NCBI GenBank assembly: GCA_001443005.1
Contig: LEKQ01000001.1
Location: 594,542-658,541, forward strand
DNA: 64,000 nucleotides
Source of the DNA: a bacterium GBS-1
Lineage (GTDB): Bacteria > Synergistota > GBS-1
Direction of reading: 5' to 3'
The notes beneath the pieces were generated by a model. It ran no database searches and was not told where the DNA came from. It saw only the letters and a list, made by a program, of their open reading frames with translations. The translations under genes and the position numbers were made by a program. Below, in pieces: positions 34,493 to 43,822 of the stretch (position 1 is its first letter; every line of letters starts with the position of its first letter).

Positions 34493-36370
34493 ATGCGCAA
34501 GCTTAGTGGAAAGACAGCAACGTGGGCTTTAATATTTGCCGTTTTCGTTTCCCTATTTCACGTATGGATGAATAGCATAGGCCTAACGGAGATAATAAAG
34601 AAAAACATAGCACATGTATGCTTACTTATGTCTCTTGCATTCCTATACTATCCTGCAACATCTAAATCTCCAAAGGATAGACCCTCCTTATTAGACTGGG
34701 TTTTTTCCTTTATATCTATAGCCATTACTATTTACTTCTTCCTAAGCTATGAGAAGATCATAAAGAGCGTGTTTAACCCAACGACGCTAGACTTCGTCTA
34801 TGGAATAAGTCTTATGATACTGCTTACCGAAGCCTCAAGGAGAGTGGTAGGGGTTCCCCTAACTCTTCTATCTGTTATGTTTCTAGTTTACGCTTACTTC
34901 GGTCCCTACTTTCCCGAGCCCTTCACTCATCAAGGCTATAACTTAAGAAGGATAATCATAAGGATGACCATGACTGACGAAGGTATACCTGGAATAGCGT
35001 TAATGGTATCATCCTCCTACGTGTTCATGTTCGTGCTCTTCTCAAGCTTCCTAAGGGCCAGTGGAACATCGAAGTTCTTCAATGACTTCGCCTCAGCATT
35101 AGCTGGGAAGAGAAGAGGAGGGCCAGCTAAGATAGCTATAGTGGCAAGCGCTTTAACGGGAACCATAAGCGGCAGCGCTCAAGCAAATGTGGTTACGACA
35201 GGCAGCTTCACCATCCCTCTAATGATTCAAATAGGATATAAGCCTTACTTCGCAGCAGCGGTAGAAGCTATAGCCTCCACGGGAGGCATCATCATGCCCC
35301 CCATAATGGGAGCAGCTGCCTTCATAATGAGCTCCTTCTTAGGCGTTCCCTATCTTAAAATAATGTACGCGGGTTTTATCCCTGCCTTACTCTATTACTT
35401 CAGCTTATATCACATGGTTGACTTGGGCGCTGTAAAGTGGGGGCTTGAAGGACTACCACCGGAAAAGCTCCCCAATGTCAAGGATGTGTTCAAGGAAAGA
35501 GGACATATGGTTGTTCCTCTAGTAGCTCTAATAGTCGCACTTATAATGGGCTTCAGCCCTATCATAAGCGCGCTCTTCGGGCTCGCTCTTATACTGATAT
35601 TGGGAAACTTGAGAAAATCAACCAGGATGTCATTAAAAGACATAATAAAGGCGCTTTATGAGAGCGCAATAGATTCTATATCAATCGCGGTAGTATGCGG
35701 TATAGTAGGGTATATCATAGGTGTGGTAGGGATGACCGGCTTGGGTCAGGAAATAGGATACACGATACTCCGTTTTTCTCAGGGAAACTTAACGTTAACC
35801 TTAATCACCTGCATGATAACAGCCATAATCCTCGGTATGGCACTACCTGCAGCTGCCTGTTACATAATAACAGTCACCGTAGCCGCCCCAGCGCTCATGA
35901 TGATAGGGGTTGAGCCATTAGTCGCCCACTTTTTCGCTTTCTACTTCGGAACCATGTCCGCCGTCATCCCACCCGTAGCGCTCACATCCTATACAGCAGC
36001 TGCTATAGCTAAGGCTCCACCAACCAAAGTAGCAATAACGGGACTTGGCTTAGGGATAGCTGGATTAATAATACCTTATCTATATGCTTATAATCCTGTC
36101 TTGCTATTGATAGACTTCTCTTGGGGGAAATTTATTTGGGCTATAGCCTTTAGCTTCGTAGCGCTATACTCTATGGCCATAACTGTGATAGGCGTTATCC
36201 CTTCATCGAAGGAGCTCTCGATCTACGAAAGGGGGATTTTTGGGCTCTCTTCAATATTGATGATGCCTAATTCAAACAACCTTAAGATCCTTGGTCTTCT
36301 CCTTTTCCTAGCAGCCTACATTACTCACAAAAGGCTAAAAAAAACTGATCCTCGAAAACAATTAATGTAA
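34493..36370 (+). CDS. TRAP transporter fused permease (TAXI-type 4TM/12TM)
   Basis: 625-aa polytopic membrane protein located downstream of the TAXI receptor gene. Confidence 0.82.
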   Translation: MRKLSGKTATWALIFAVFVSLFHVWMNSIGLTEIIKKNIAHVCLLMSLAFLYYPATSKSPKDRPSLLDWVFSFISIAITIYFFLSYEKIIKSVFNPTTLDFVYGISLMILLTEASRRVVGVPLTLLSVMFLVYAYFGPYFPEPFTHQGYNLRRIIIRMTMTDEGIPGIALMVSSSYVFMFVLFSSFLRASGTSKFFNDFASALAGKRRGGPAKIAIVASALTGTISGSAQANVVTTGSFTIPLMIQIGYKPYFAAAVEAIASTGGIIMPPIMGAAAFIMSSFLGVPYLKIMYAGFIPALLYYFSLYHMVDLGAVKWGLEGLPPEKLPNVKDVFKERGHMVVPLVALIVALIMGFSPIISALFGLALILILGNLRKSTRMSLKDIIKALYESAIDSISIAVVCGIVGYIIGVVGMTGLGQEIGYTILRFSQGNLTLTLITCMITAIILGMALPAAACYIITVTVAAPALMMIGVEPLVAHFFAFYFGTMSAVIPPVALTSYTAAAIAKAPPTKVAITGLGLGIAGLIIPYLYAYNPVLLLIDFSWGKFIWAIAFSFVALYSMAITVIGVIPSSKELSIYERGIFGLSSILMMPNSNNLKILGLLLFLAAYITHKRLKKTDPRKQLM

Positions 36371-36399
36371 CGGGAGGATGGGGATACGCTCCTCCCGTT
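36369..36399. terminator. shared stem-loop between the convergent TRAP permease and glnA genes
   Basis: A 10-bp stem, AACGGGAGGA / TCCTCCCGTT, with an 11-nt loop fills the 32-nt convergent gap. There is no strong U-tract on either side. Confidence 0.45.
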
Positions 36400-36402
36400 A
36401 AT

Positions 36403-37743
36403 TTATAAGATGGGAAGATATCTCTTTACCTCAAACTCGGTCACCTGAGCACGATATATATCCCACTCCTTCTTCTTATTACGGATAAAGCTCTCGAACA
36501 CATGGTCTCCCAAACACTCCCTCACGAGCTCGCTTTTCTCCATCACAGATATGGCTTCCCCTAAGCTTCCAGGGAGTGTCTCTATTCCAAGTCTTCTTCT
36601 CTCCTCATCGGTAAGCTCGTAAACGTCCACCTCCACAGGTGGTGGAGGCTCAAGCCCCTCTTCAACCCCCTTAAGTCCTGCAGCCAACATAACGGAAAAA
36701 GCAAGATAAGGATTACACGCTGGGTCAGGAGCGCGATACTCCACTCGCGCTGCCCTTTCCGTGCCTATTCCAAAGGCGGGAACCCTAACTAAAGCTGAGC
36801 GATTCTTTCTCCCCCAGCATATGTAAGCAGGAGCCTCATAACCGGGTATCAGGCGCTTATAAGAGTTAACCCACTGGCAAGTGATCGCCGTGATCTCACG
36901 AGAGTACTTCAAGAGACCGGCTACAAAGCTAAGCCCTATTCCAGAAAGTCCATAATATCCATTAGGATCATAAAAGGCGTTCCTATCACCCTTAAACAGC
37001 GACTGGTGAACATGCATACCACTACCATTAATTCCATAAACAGGCTTAGGCATAAAGGTCGCATAGACGTTATTCTCTAAAGCCACCTGCTTAACTACCA
37101 CCTTATACGTCATAACGTTATCAGCCATCGTTAGAGCATCTGTATACTTTATATCAACTTCATGCTGGCTATAGGCTACCTCGTGATGACTAAACTCCAC
37201 GCTTATACCCATCTCATTCAACATGAGGACAGTCTGACGTCTGAGATCTATCGCCATATCGAGAGGCGTCGCATCGAAATACCCACCGTAGTCAAGAAAA
37301 TCAGTTCCATCCGAAGATTTAAAGTAAAAATACTCGAGTTCAGGCCCTACATAGTAGGTAAACCCCTTCTCTGCCGCTTTCTTCAGGTTACGCTTAAGAA
37401 CATAGCGTGGGTCTCCCTCAAAGGCTTTACCATCAGATGTTAAGATATCACAAAACATCCTTGCTACCCCGTACTCTTTAGGACGCCACGGAAGGATGCA
37501 AAATGTGGTAGGATCAGGCATAGCGATCATATCGCTCTCCTCAATGCGAACAAAACCCTCAATAGACGATCCATCGAAGCCCACACCCTGTTCTAAGGCT
37601 CCCGGGAGCTCATCCGCCGTTATCGTGAAGCTCTTAAGGAATCCCAAAATATCGGTAAACCAAAGTTTGATGAACTTAATGTTTCGCTCCTTAACAAGTC
37701 TCATCACATACTCCTTAGGATCACCAACCATTTTCATCTTCAT
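36403..37743 (-). CDS. glnA: glutamine synthetase, type I
   Basis: 446 aa with FDGSSIEGF, GSGMHVHQSLF, NSYKRLIPGYEAP and ALVRVP blocks. Confidence 0.92.
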   Translation of the reverse strand: MKMKMVGDPKEYVMRLVKERNIKFIKLWFTDILGFLKSFTITADELPGALEQGVGFDGSSIEGFVRIEESDMIAMPDPTTFCILPWRPKEYGVARMFCDILTSDGKAFEGDPRYVLKRNLKKAAEKGFTYYVGPELEYFYFKSSDGTDFLDYGGYFDATPLDMAIDLRRQTVLMLNEMGISVEFSHHEVAYSQHEVDIKYTDALTMADNVMTYKVVVKQVALENNVYATFMPKPVYGINGSGMHVHQSLFKGDRNAFYDPNGYYGLSGIGLSFVAGLLKYSREITAITCQWVNSYKRLIPGYEAPAYICWGRKNRSALVRVPAFGIGTERAARVEYRAPDPACNPYLAFSVMLAAGLKGVEEGLEPPPPVEVDVYELTDEERRRLGIETLPGSLGEAISVMEKSELVRECLGDHVFESFIRNKKKEWDIYRAQVTEFEVKRYLPIL

Positions 37744-37775
37744 GACCTCCTTAGCCTAAAGCTGCATTTTGTCAA

Positions 37776-37781
37776 ATTATA
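37776..37781 (-). promoter_or_regulatory. -10 box (TATAAT) upstream of glnA
   Basis: A minus-strand TATAAT lies 32 nt upstream of the glnA ATG and is followed by AAGGAGG. I found no convincing -35 element. Confidence 0.3.
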
Positions 37782-37858
37782 CCCAGCCAAGTTCACAGAA
37801 GTTTTTCAGGATTGTTACAAATTTGTTTCCTAATAGCGATCAGCAATTAAACTTAAAA

Positions 37859-38566
37859 TCATTCTTCCTCATCACTGAACTTATATCCTATGTTCCTTAC
37901 CGTCTGAATATATTTATGATCATAATCCCCAAGTTTATTTCTAAGCCTACTTATATGAGTATCAACCGTTCTACTACCACCATAATAGTCATAGCCCCAA
38001 ACTTTGTTAAGAAGCTCTTCTCTCGTGAAAACTCTACCCCTATTGGTGATAAGGAGCTTCAAAAGCTCGTACTCCTTAAAGGTTAAGGGGATAAACCTAC
38101 CCCTTAAAATCACCTTATACCTTTCCATGTCTATCATAAGGTCACCGCATCTTATCACCCTTTCATCCTTAAAAGATGAGGATCCCTTCCTCAACAACCT
38201 TCTCACCCTAAGAAATAACTCCTCAGACGATATCGGCTTAACAAGGAAATCCTTAAAAAGATTATCCTCCGCAAGAAAGGCAAAACTCCATTCCTTCTCA
38301 GAAACAAGGGCAACTATAGGAATATCTTTTGATGAAAGAAAGTTTAAGACATCACTCAAAGTGTACTCCATATCGGACAGGGATTCAAAGAGGTCTAAAT
38401 CAACGAGGAATAGGTCAAAAAAGTGTCCTTCCCTCTCAAGCTCATCAAGAAACTCGTCCGGATCCTCAAAAATCATGAGGGCAATACCCTTCCTTGAAAA
38501 CTCCTTTAAAGCATTCCTAAGATCCTCCTTCTTCGCTAAAAGAGCCAGTCTCACAAAAACTACCAC
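37859..38566 (-). CDS. OmpR/PhoB-type winged-helix response regulator with a degenerate receiver domain
   Basis: The C-terminal wHTH is LTFKEYELLKLLITNRGRVFTREELLNKVWG...RTVDTHISRLRNKL...IQTVRNIGYKF. The receiver retains the Asp region (FLVDLDL) and the Lys (FLVKP). Where the acidic DD pair normally follows beta-1, it reads LALLAKKED. Confidence 0.8.
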   Translation of the reverse strand: MVVFVRLALLAKKEDLRNALKEFSRKGIALMIFEDPDEFLDELEREGHFFDLFLVDLDLFESLSDMEYTLSDVLNFLSSKDIPIVALVSEKEWSFAFLAEDNLFKDFLVKPISSEELFLRVRRLLRKGSSSFKDERVIRCGDLMIDMERYKVILRGRFIPLTFKEYELLKLLITNRGRVFTREELLNKVWGYDYYGGSRTVDTHISRLRNKLGDYDHKYIQTVRNIGYKFSDEEE

Positions 38567-38596
38567 CTTCCAGGAAAGAAAGCGATATTTTTAAAA

Positions 38597-39913
38597 TCAC
38601 GCCTCCAAACTCTCTTCCGCAATACCCAAGAGCTTGGCCACATCCTCATAGTTAGGACCGTAAATGCCTTCAAGTATATTCATAGAAGAGGCCATATAAT
38701 CTAATAGGTCCCTATCGCAGAGCTCCTTTAGCTTTAAATAAACTCTACCATCTAACTTCCCACCTTTTACATCCCTCTCTATTACGCTTAAAGCCTCTAG
38801 GGGGCTCATCTTCGGTCTATAGGGCCTTTCCTCAACTAAGGCGGAAAAAACATCACAAACCTGAAGGATTCTCTGCGATAAACTCAACCTATCACCGGTT
38901 AAGCCCAAGGGATAACCCGTTCCATCGAGCCTCTCGTGGTGAGCAGCGGAGATAATCCCTAGATGCTCTAGACCCGCCCTCTTAAGCATCTCATAGGTAT
39001 CCACCACATGCATACGCATTATTAGAGCTTCAGTATCATCAAGTGGACCCTTCTTATGCAACACCTCAAGAGGTGTTTTGATCTTCCCAACATCATGAAA
39101 CAAAGCAGATATATTTATAAGTTTAGCATCTTCCTCACTTAGTAGCTCCTGAGCTATAATCTCGGAAAACTTGAAAGTTAAAAAGGTATGATTCCTCGTA
39201 TAGGGGCTACGCAAATCGATAAGCGCTGCTATAACCTCAGCGAATCCCTCTATCTCATCCAGTGAAAGCGTTTTAGAGGAGGTAAAGCCCTCGTCATCAT
39301 CAAGAAGAGCATTTAAAACCCTGTAGTCCTTTAAGATATCCATGGTAACTCCATTAACTTCCTCCAATGTTCCGGCCTCATTATCCACAAAATGAAAAAT
39401 AGATTTAAACAAATCCGGCTTAAGCTCAGCGTCTTCAGACTTAATATGAGCTATAGAGATCATGTCGGCGATTCTAATGGAGTTTGCAAGTATCCTTATA
39501 AGATCGTCACTCTCATCTATCATCTGATAGGGTGTATGGTGATAGAGGATCGCCTTAGCACACCTCGGACAGAGAGGTTTGACGCGCATAGCGATTAGAT
39601 AGGACAGCATAGGATGGTCGTTAGATTTATCAAAAGTTAAAACTAACTTTTCCAGATCTGAAAAGTTTCTAAACATATCCTTAAAGAGTTCGTAATTCAT
39701 CAGCGAAGCTTTAACAGCAAGGCCGATATCGTGAAACAACCCCGCAAGATACGCGCAATCAAGATCAACGGATAAAGCTAACCTTTTTAAGATCTCTCTC
39801 GTTATCTTAGCCACCTGAAAGCCATGCCTGATGAAGTTCTTATACTCCAATACACCAAACTCGCGAAAGAGCCTCACCATGGACGCCAAAGGAAACTTAA
39901 GGACGAGCTCCAA
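38597..39913 (-). CDS. tandem HD-domain protein with a C-terminal HD-GYP domain (putative c-di-GMP phosphodiesterase)
   Basis: 438 aa. The N-terminal HD/HDOD-like domain contains LAGLFHDIGL. The C-terminal domain has ALFHDVGKIKTP plus HHERLDGTGYPLG, the HD-GYP signature. The start is a TTG 6 nt behind GAGGAGGTGA. Confidence 0.85.
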   Translation of the reverse strand: MELVLKFPLASMVRLFREFGVLEYKNFIRHGFQVAKITREILKRLALSVDLDCAYLAGLFHDIGLAVKASLMNYELFKDMFRNFSDLEKLVLTFDKSNDHPMLSYLIAMRVKPLCPRCAKAILYHHTPYQMIDESDDLIRILANSIRIADMISIAHIKSEDAELKPDLFKSIFHFVDNEAGTLEEVNGVTMDILKDYRVLNALLDDDEGFTSSKTLSLDEIEGFAEVIAALIDLRSPYTRNHTFLTFKFSEIIAQELLSEEDAKLINISALFHDVGKIKTPLEVLHKKGPLDDTEALIMRMHVVDTYEMLKRAGLEHLGIISAAHHERLDGTGYPLGLTGDRLSLSQRILQVCDVFSALVEERPYRPKMSPLEALSVIERDVKGGKLDGRVYLKLKELCDRDLLDYMASSMNILEGIYGPNYEDVAKLLGIAEESLEA

Positions 39914-39943
39914 ACAAAATCACCTCCTCAACATCGTGATTAT

Positions 39944-39971
39944 AGTATAACATAAGAGAAAGCCGTTTCAA
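39944..39971 (-). promoter_or_regulatory. candidate promoter of the HD-GYP / response-regulator unit
   Basis: Minus strand: TTGAAA (39971-39966), a 16-nt spacer, then TATACT (39949-39944). Confidence 0.4.
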
Positions 39972-40000
39972 ATACGTTTAAAGATGTTAAGCATAAAGCT

Positions 40001-40026
40001 ATTAATACATTAAATAAATTAATACA
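40001..40026. repeat. direct repeat ATTAATACA-N8-ATTAATACA in the divergent promoter region
   Basis: Exact 9-mers at 40001-40009 and 40018-40026 (17-bp period), lying between the two divergent -35 boxes. Confidence 0.5.
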
Positions 40027-40060
40027 AAATGCCACTTTTTATGTGTTTAATGACATAGTA

Positions 40061-40089
40061 TAGACACATCTTTAGGTCTATGATATAAT
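40061..40089 (+). promoter_or_regulatory. near-consensus extended -10 promoter of the histidine kinase gene
   Basis: TAGACA (40061-40066), a 17-nt spacer, then TGATATAAT (TG at 40081-40082, TATAAT at 40084-40089). The GTG start codon is only 8 nt downstream of the -10 box. Confidence 0.5.
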
Positions 40090-40097
40090 TTAAAACC

Positions 40098-41570
40098 GTG
40101 TGGATTAGGCTTAGAACTGGAATCAGAACAAGGATCATTCTCTTAACCCTCTTTATGGTTTGCGTTCTCCTTGTTTCGGGGTGGCTAAATGTGAAGCTAT
40201 TTAGCAGGGCAACGGAGACGATGATGTCCCTTTCCGAAGAGAGGAGTACACTAGACTACATTAGAACTCTAGAGGAAATTTTAGAAAGACTAAGGGTAGA
40301 TTTCGAGATATTAGCTTTAATTAGGGATGGTTGGCTACCCCCCACACTTAAAACGCTCCAGGAAGTCGAAGCTTATGTAAGAATTATCGAAGAGAAGGAA
40401 GCCATTGAAGAAAGCTTAAGGGAGGCTTTCCATGAGCTTAAAGGCCACATAACGGGTTTAACCCCTCCCTTTGATGATAAAAAGTTCAGGGAAGCTAACA
40501 AGCTACTAAAACAATTAAGAGAATCCGTAGAGGAATTATCACACAAAGTAGAAGCCAAGATTATAAAGATAGAAGCGAACTTTAGAACATTCCTTGAGAG
40601 CTCAAGAAGACTATCTTGGAACATTCTAATAGTAGCTATGATATTTACTACCATTTTAGCTTACCTTATAGTAAGGGAACATATGAAAACTAGCCTCGCT
40701 ATAGTTAACCATCTTAAGAACATAACCAGTCAGATAAAGAGTAACTCCTTCCCTGTGATTCCCCCTCCGTTGAAGGCAATGCTACCCGAAGGGGAAAAGA
40801 TAGCCGAATACATAAATGAGCTTGTTAACCAACACAATATAAGCCTTAAAAGGATTAGGGAACTAAGCGAAGCCAAAACCGCCTTCCTGGCGATAGCGTC
40901 TCACGAAACTAAAACACCCTTAACCTCGATAATCGGCTACTCGGAGATACTCCTAGAGGAAGATATCCCTCCTAAGCTTAAGGAGAAACTCACCATCATA
41001 AGATCTCAAGCTCAGACTCTACTTAAAACGATGGAAAGGATGCTATCCTATTCAAGGCTCGGCTCCGACATCAACCTATCTAAAGTAAATTTAAGGGAAC
41101 TCCTAGAAAAGGTTGGAATGGAATTTGTGGAAAAAGCGAGAGAAAAAGGAATAGATTTCAAGATTAATATACTAAGTAATAATACGACCATAGAAACTGA
41201 CCCCTATAGGCTCGAGATAGCCTTAAGGGAGATCTTAGATAATGCCTTTAAGTTTGCCCAAAATGGTTACATAGAATTAACGTTGAAAATTATCAAAGAT
41301 CGTGCTATCATAGCTGTAAAAGATAGCGGTCCCGGAATAGAAGAAGACAAAAAAGATATGATATTTGAACTCTTCTACCAAGGAGAGGGCTTCTTAACTA
41401 GAAAGCACAGCGGCTTAGGTTTGGGTTTACCCTTAGCTTTAAGAGCTATTAACGGTATAGGAAAGATCACCTTTAAAAGCCAAAAAGGGAAGGGTAATAC
41501 CTTCTATATAATCCTCTACGGAGGGGGGATCTTAAGTTGGTCAAGCTCACGAGAAAACTCGAAACCATAG
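40098..41570 (+). CDS. sensor histidine kinase
   Basis: 490 aa with two TM segments flanking a coiled-coil-rich loop. The HisKA H-box is LAIASHETKTPLTSIIGYSE, and the HATPase blocks are DNAFKF, VKDSGPGI and GLGLGLPLA. The GTG start has no Shine-Dalgarno sequence. Confidence 0.85.
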   Translation: MWIRLRTGIRTRIILLTLFMVCVLLVSGWLNVKLFSRATETMMSLSEERSTLDYIRTLEEILERLRVDFEILALIRDGWLPPTLKTLQEVEAYVRIIEEKEAIEESLREAFHELKGHITGLTPPFDDKKFREANKLLKQLRESVEELSHKVEAKIIKIEANFRTFLESSRRLSWNILIVAMIFTTILAYLIVREHMKTSLAIVNHLKNITSQIKSNSFPVIPPPLKAMLPEGEKIAEYINELVNQHNISLKRIRELSEAKTAFLAIASHETKTPLTSIIGYSEILLEEDIPPKLKEKLTIIRSQAQTLLKTMERMLSYSRLGSDINLSKVNLRELLEKVGMEFVEKAREKGIDFKINILSNNTTIETDPYRLEIALREILDNAFKFAQNGYIELTLKIIKDRAIIAVKDSGPGIEEDKKDMIFELFYQGEGFLTRKHSGLGLGLPLALRAINGIGKITFKSQKGKGNTFYIILYGGGILSWSSSRENSKP

Positions 41571-42730
41571 AGCCTTCAGCAACCTTGGCAATCACAGCTT
41601 TAGCTATCAAGATGAAGAGGGAAGGAAAGGATGTTATAAGCTTGTCAGCAGGAGAGCCCGACTTTCCAACCCCAAGAAACATCAAGGATGAAGCAATTAA
41701 GGCTATAGAAAACGATTTCACTCACTATACCCCAGAATCTGGGATAACCGAACTAAAGGAAGCGATCGCGGAGAAGTTTGAAAAAGAGTGGGGAATAAAG
41801 TACAACGTTAATGAAGTGATCATCTCCAATGGAGCAAAGCATGTTATATTCAATGCCCTGTTTGCCCTATGCGATGAGGGAGACGAAGTTTTGGTTATAA
41901 CGCCGGCCTGGGTGAGCTACATAGAGCAGATAAAGCTCGCTGGAGGTAAACCGGTAATAGTCGAGACCAAGGAGGATAACGATTTTATCCCAGACCCAAA
42001 GGAAGTAGAGAGAAAAATATCGCCTAAAACGAAAGCCATAATTTTAAACAGCCCTCATAACCCAACAGGTGCAGTATACCCAAAGGATGTTCTTATAAAG
42101 ATAGCTGAAACAGCGACATCAAAGGGCGTCTTCATAATTAGCGATGAGATCTACGACAAGTTATCCTATGATGAGGAATGCGTTCCACTGGTCCATCTTA
42201 TCCCTGAGGCGAAAGAAAATATATTAATAGTGAACGGAGCCTCCAAAGCCTACGCTATGACTGGCTGGAGAATGGGATGGGGCTTAGGTCCAGCTAACCT
42301 AATCAAGGCCATGGGTATAATACAGGGGCATATGACATCGAACCCCTGCTCCATATCCCAGAAAGCAGCATTAGAGGCAGTGAGGGGTCCTCAAGACGAG
42401 GTAACGGAGATGGCAAGGGAGTTCAAAGAAAGAAGAGAGCTCATATGCTCGCTACTTGAGAAAGCCCCATATATGACCTTTAGGAAGCCGAAGGGAGCCT
42501 TTTATCTCTTTCCAAACATTACTAAAGCCTTGGGAAAGAGCTTTAAAGGAGAGGTAATAGAAGACGATATAACCTTAGCAAGAAAGTTACTCGAAGAAAA
42601 GCTCGTCGCTATAGTCCCAGGAAAGGCGTTCCTTGCTCCAGGATATATAAGGATATCTTATGCTGCTTCCAGAAAAGATATAGAGGAGGCTTCAAAAAGA
42701 ATAATAGAATTTTTAGAGGAATTAGTCTAA
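41537..42730 (+). CDS. class I pyridoxal-phosphate aminotransferase (aspartate aminotransferase-like)
   Basis: 397 aa with [19 protein letters not shown] and the PLP Lys in [12 protein letters not shown]. The TTG start is 7 nt behind GGAGGGGGGA and lies inside the 3' end of the kinase gene (34-nt overlap). Confidence 0.88.
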   Translation: MVKLTRKLETIEPSATLAITALAIKMKREGKDVISLSAGEPDFPTPRNIKDEAIKAIENDFTHYTPESGITELKEAIAEKFEKEWGIKYNVNEVIISNGAKHVIFNALFALCDEGDEVLVITPAWVSYIEQIKLAGGKPVIVETKEDNDFIPDPKEVERKISPKTKAIILNSPHNPTGAVYPKDVLIKIAETATSKGVFIISDEIYDKLSYDEECVPLVHLIPEAKENILIVNGASKAYAMTGWRMGWGLGPANLIKAMGIIQGHMTSNPCSISQKAALEAVRGPQDEVTEMAREFKERRELICSLLEKAPYMTFRKPKGAFYLFPNITKALGKSFKGEVIEDDITLARKLLEEKLVAIVPGKAFLAPGYIRISYAASRKDIEEASKRIIEFLEELV

Positions 42731-43822
42731 GAAATCTTTAAGCTTTTTACTTCTTGTAGGATGTCTCAACTTACGCAGGGCTTTACTTTCAATCTGCCTT
42801 ATTCTTTCCCTTGTAACGCCGAAGCGCTTACCAACCTCCTCAAGGGTAGAAGGTCTTCCATCCTCAAGTCCAAAGCGAAGCTTTAATACCTCTCTCTCTC
42901 TCTTTGAAAGGGTGTTTAAGACCGCCTCAAGTTGCTCCTTAAGAAGCTGCTTTGCCGCAGCTTCAGAGGGAGAAGGGATAATTTTATCCTCGATGAAATC
43001 TCCAAGATGACTATCCTCCTCTTCCCCTATTGGCGTCTCGAGGGAAACCGGATCCTGAGCCACTTTCATTATCTCCTCAACCTTCTCAGGAGGCATCTCC
43101 ATAGCTTCGGCTATCTCCTCTATGGTTGGTTCCCTTCCAAGCTCCTGAACGAGCTGCCTTGAAACCCTCTGAAGCTTATTTATGGTCTCTACCATATGAA
43201 CTGGTATCCTTATGGTTCTCGCTTGATCGGCGATAGCTCTTGTTATGGCTTGCCTTATCCACCAAGTTGCATAGGTGCTGAACTTATAACCCTTCCTGTA
43301 GTCAAACTTCTCAACGGCTCTTATAAGCCCAAGATTACCTTCCTGAATAAGATCCAGGAAAAGCATCCCTCTACCTATATACTTCTTAGCTATACTGACA
43401 ACGAGCCTGAGGTTAGACTCTATGAGCTTCCTCTTCGCCTCCATATCGCCTTGTTCCATCCTCTTAGCAAGCTCTACCTCTTCCTCCGCGCTTAAAAGAG
43501 GGATCTTACCTATCTCCTTAAGATACATCCTAACAGGATCATCAATCGCTATCTCATCCCCCAGCTCCAAATCCAGATCCTCAAGCTCTAACTCTTCCTC
43601 CTTCTCCCTACTAACGACCCTATCATAAGTCTCTGGAGAGTCTACCACATCTACGCCCATTTCCATAAGGTTAATATAAAGCTCGTCCAATTCATTAGGA
43701 GATATGACATCCTTCCCCAAAACCTCCTCTATCTCATCATAGGTTACATAACCTTTGCCCTTCCCCTCCTCTAAAAGGGTTTTAATCATCTCAACCTTCT
43801 TATTTGTTGCCTCCGTCATCAA
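42722..43822 (-). CDS. rpoD: primary RNA polymerase sigma factor (sigma-70 / SigA)
   Basis: 366 aa with [53 protein letters not shown] (regions 2.x) and the region 4 sequence [20 protein letters not shown]. Confidence 0.95.
   Translation of the reverse strand: MMTEATNKKVEMIKTLLEEGKGKGYVTYDEIEEVLGKDVISPNELDELYINLMEMGVDVVDSPETYDRVVSREKEEELELEDLDLELGDEIAIDDPVRMYLKEIGKIPLLSAEEEVELAKRMEQGDMEAKRKLIESNLRLVVSIAKKYIGRGMLFLDLIQEGNLGLIRAVEKFDYRKGYKFSTYATWWIRQAITRAIADQARTIRIPVHMVETINKLQRVSRQLVQELGREPTIEEIAEAMEMPPEKVEEIMKVAQDPVSLETPIGEEEDSHLGDFIEDKIIPSPSEAAAKQLLKEQLEAVLNTLSKREREVLKLRFGLEDGRPSTLEEVGKRFGVTRERIRQIESKALRKLRHPTRSKKLKDFLD

Noticed and set aside
37817-37826. ACAAATTTGT palindrome upstream of glnA as a TnrA/GlnR (TGTNA-N7-TNACA) or NtcA (GTA-N8-TAC) box
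   Set aside because: Only one half-site (TAACA) fits the TnrA/GlnR pattern, and the GTA-N8-TAC spacing does not fit. It is a 10-bp AT-rich palindrome that could be chance.
38004-38594. 196-aa plus-strand ORF
   Set aside because: It is antisense to the response-regulator gene. The Ser/Leu/Arg-rich composition mirrors the Glu/Lys/Leu-rich sense strand. It has no ribosome-binding site.
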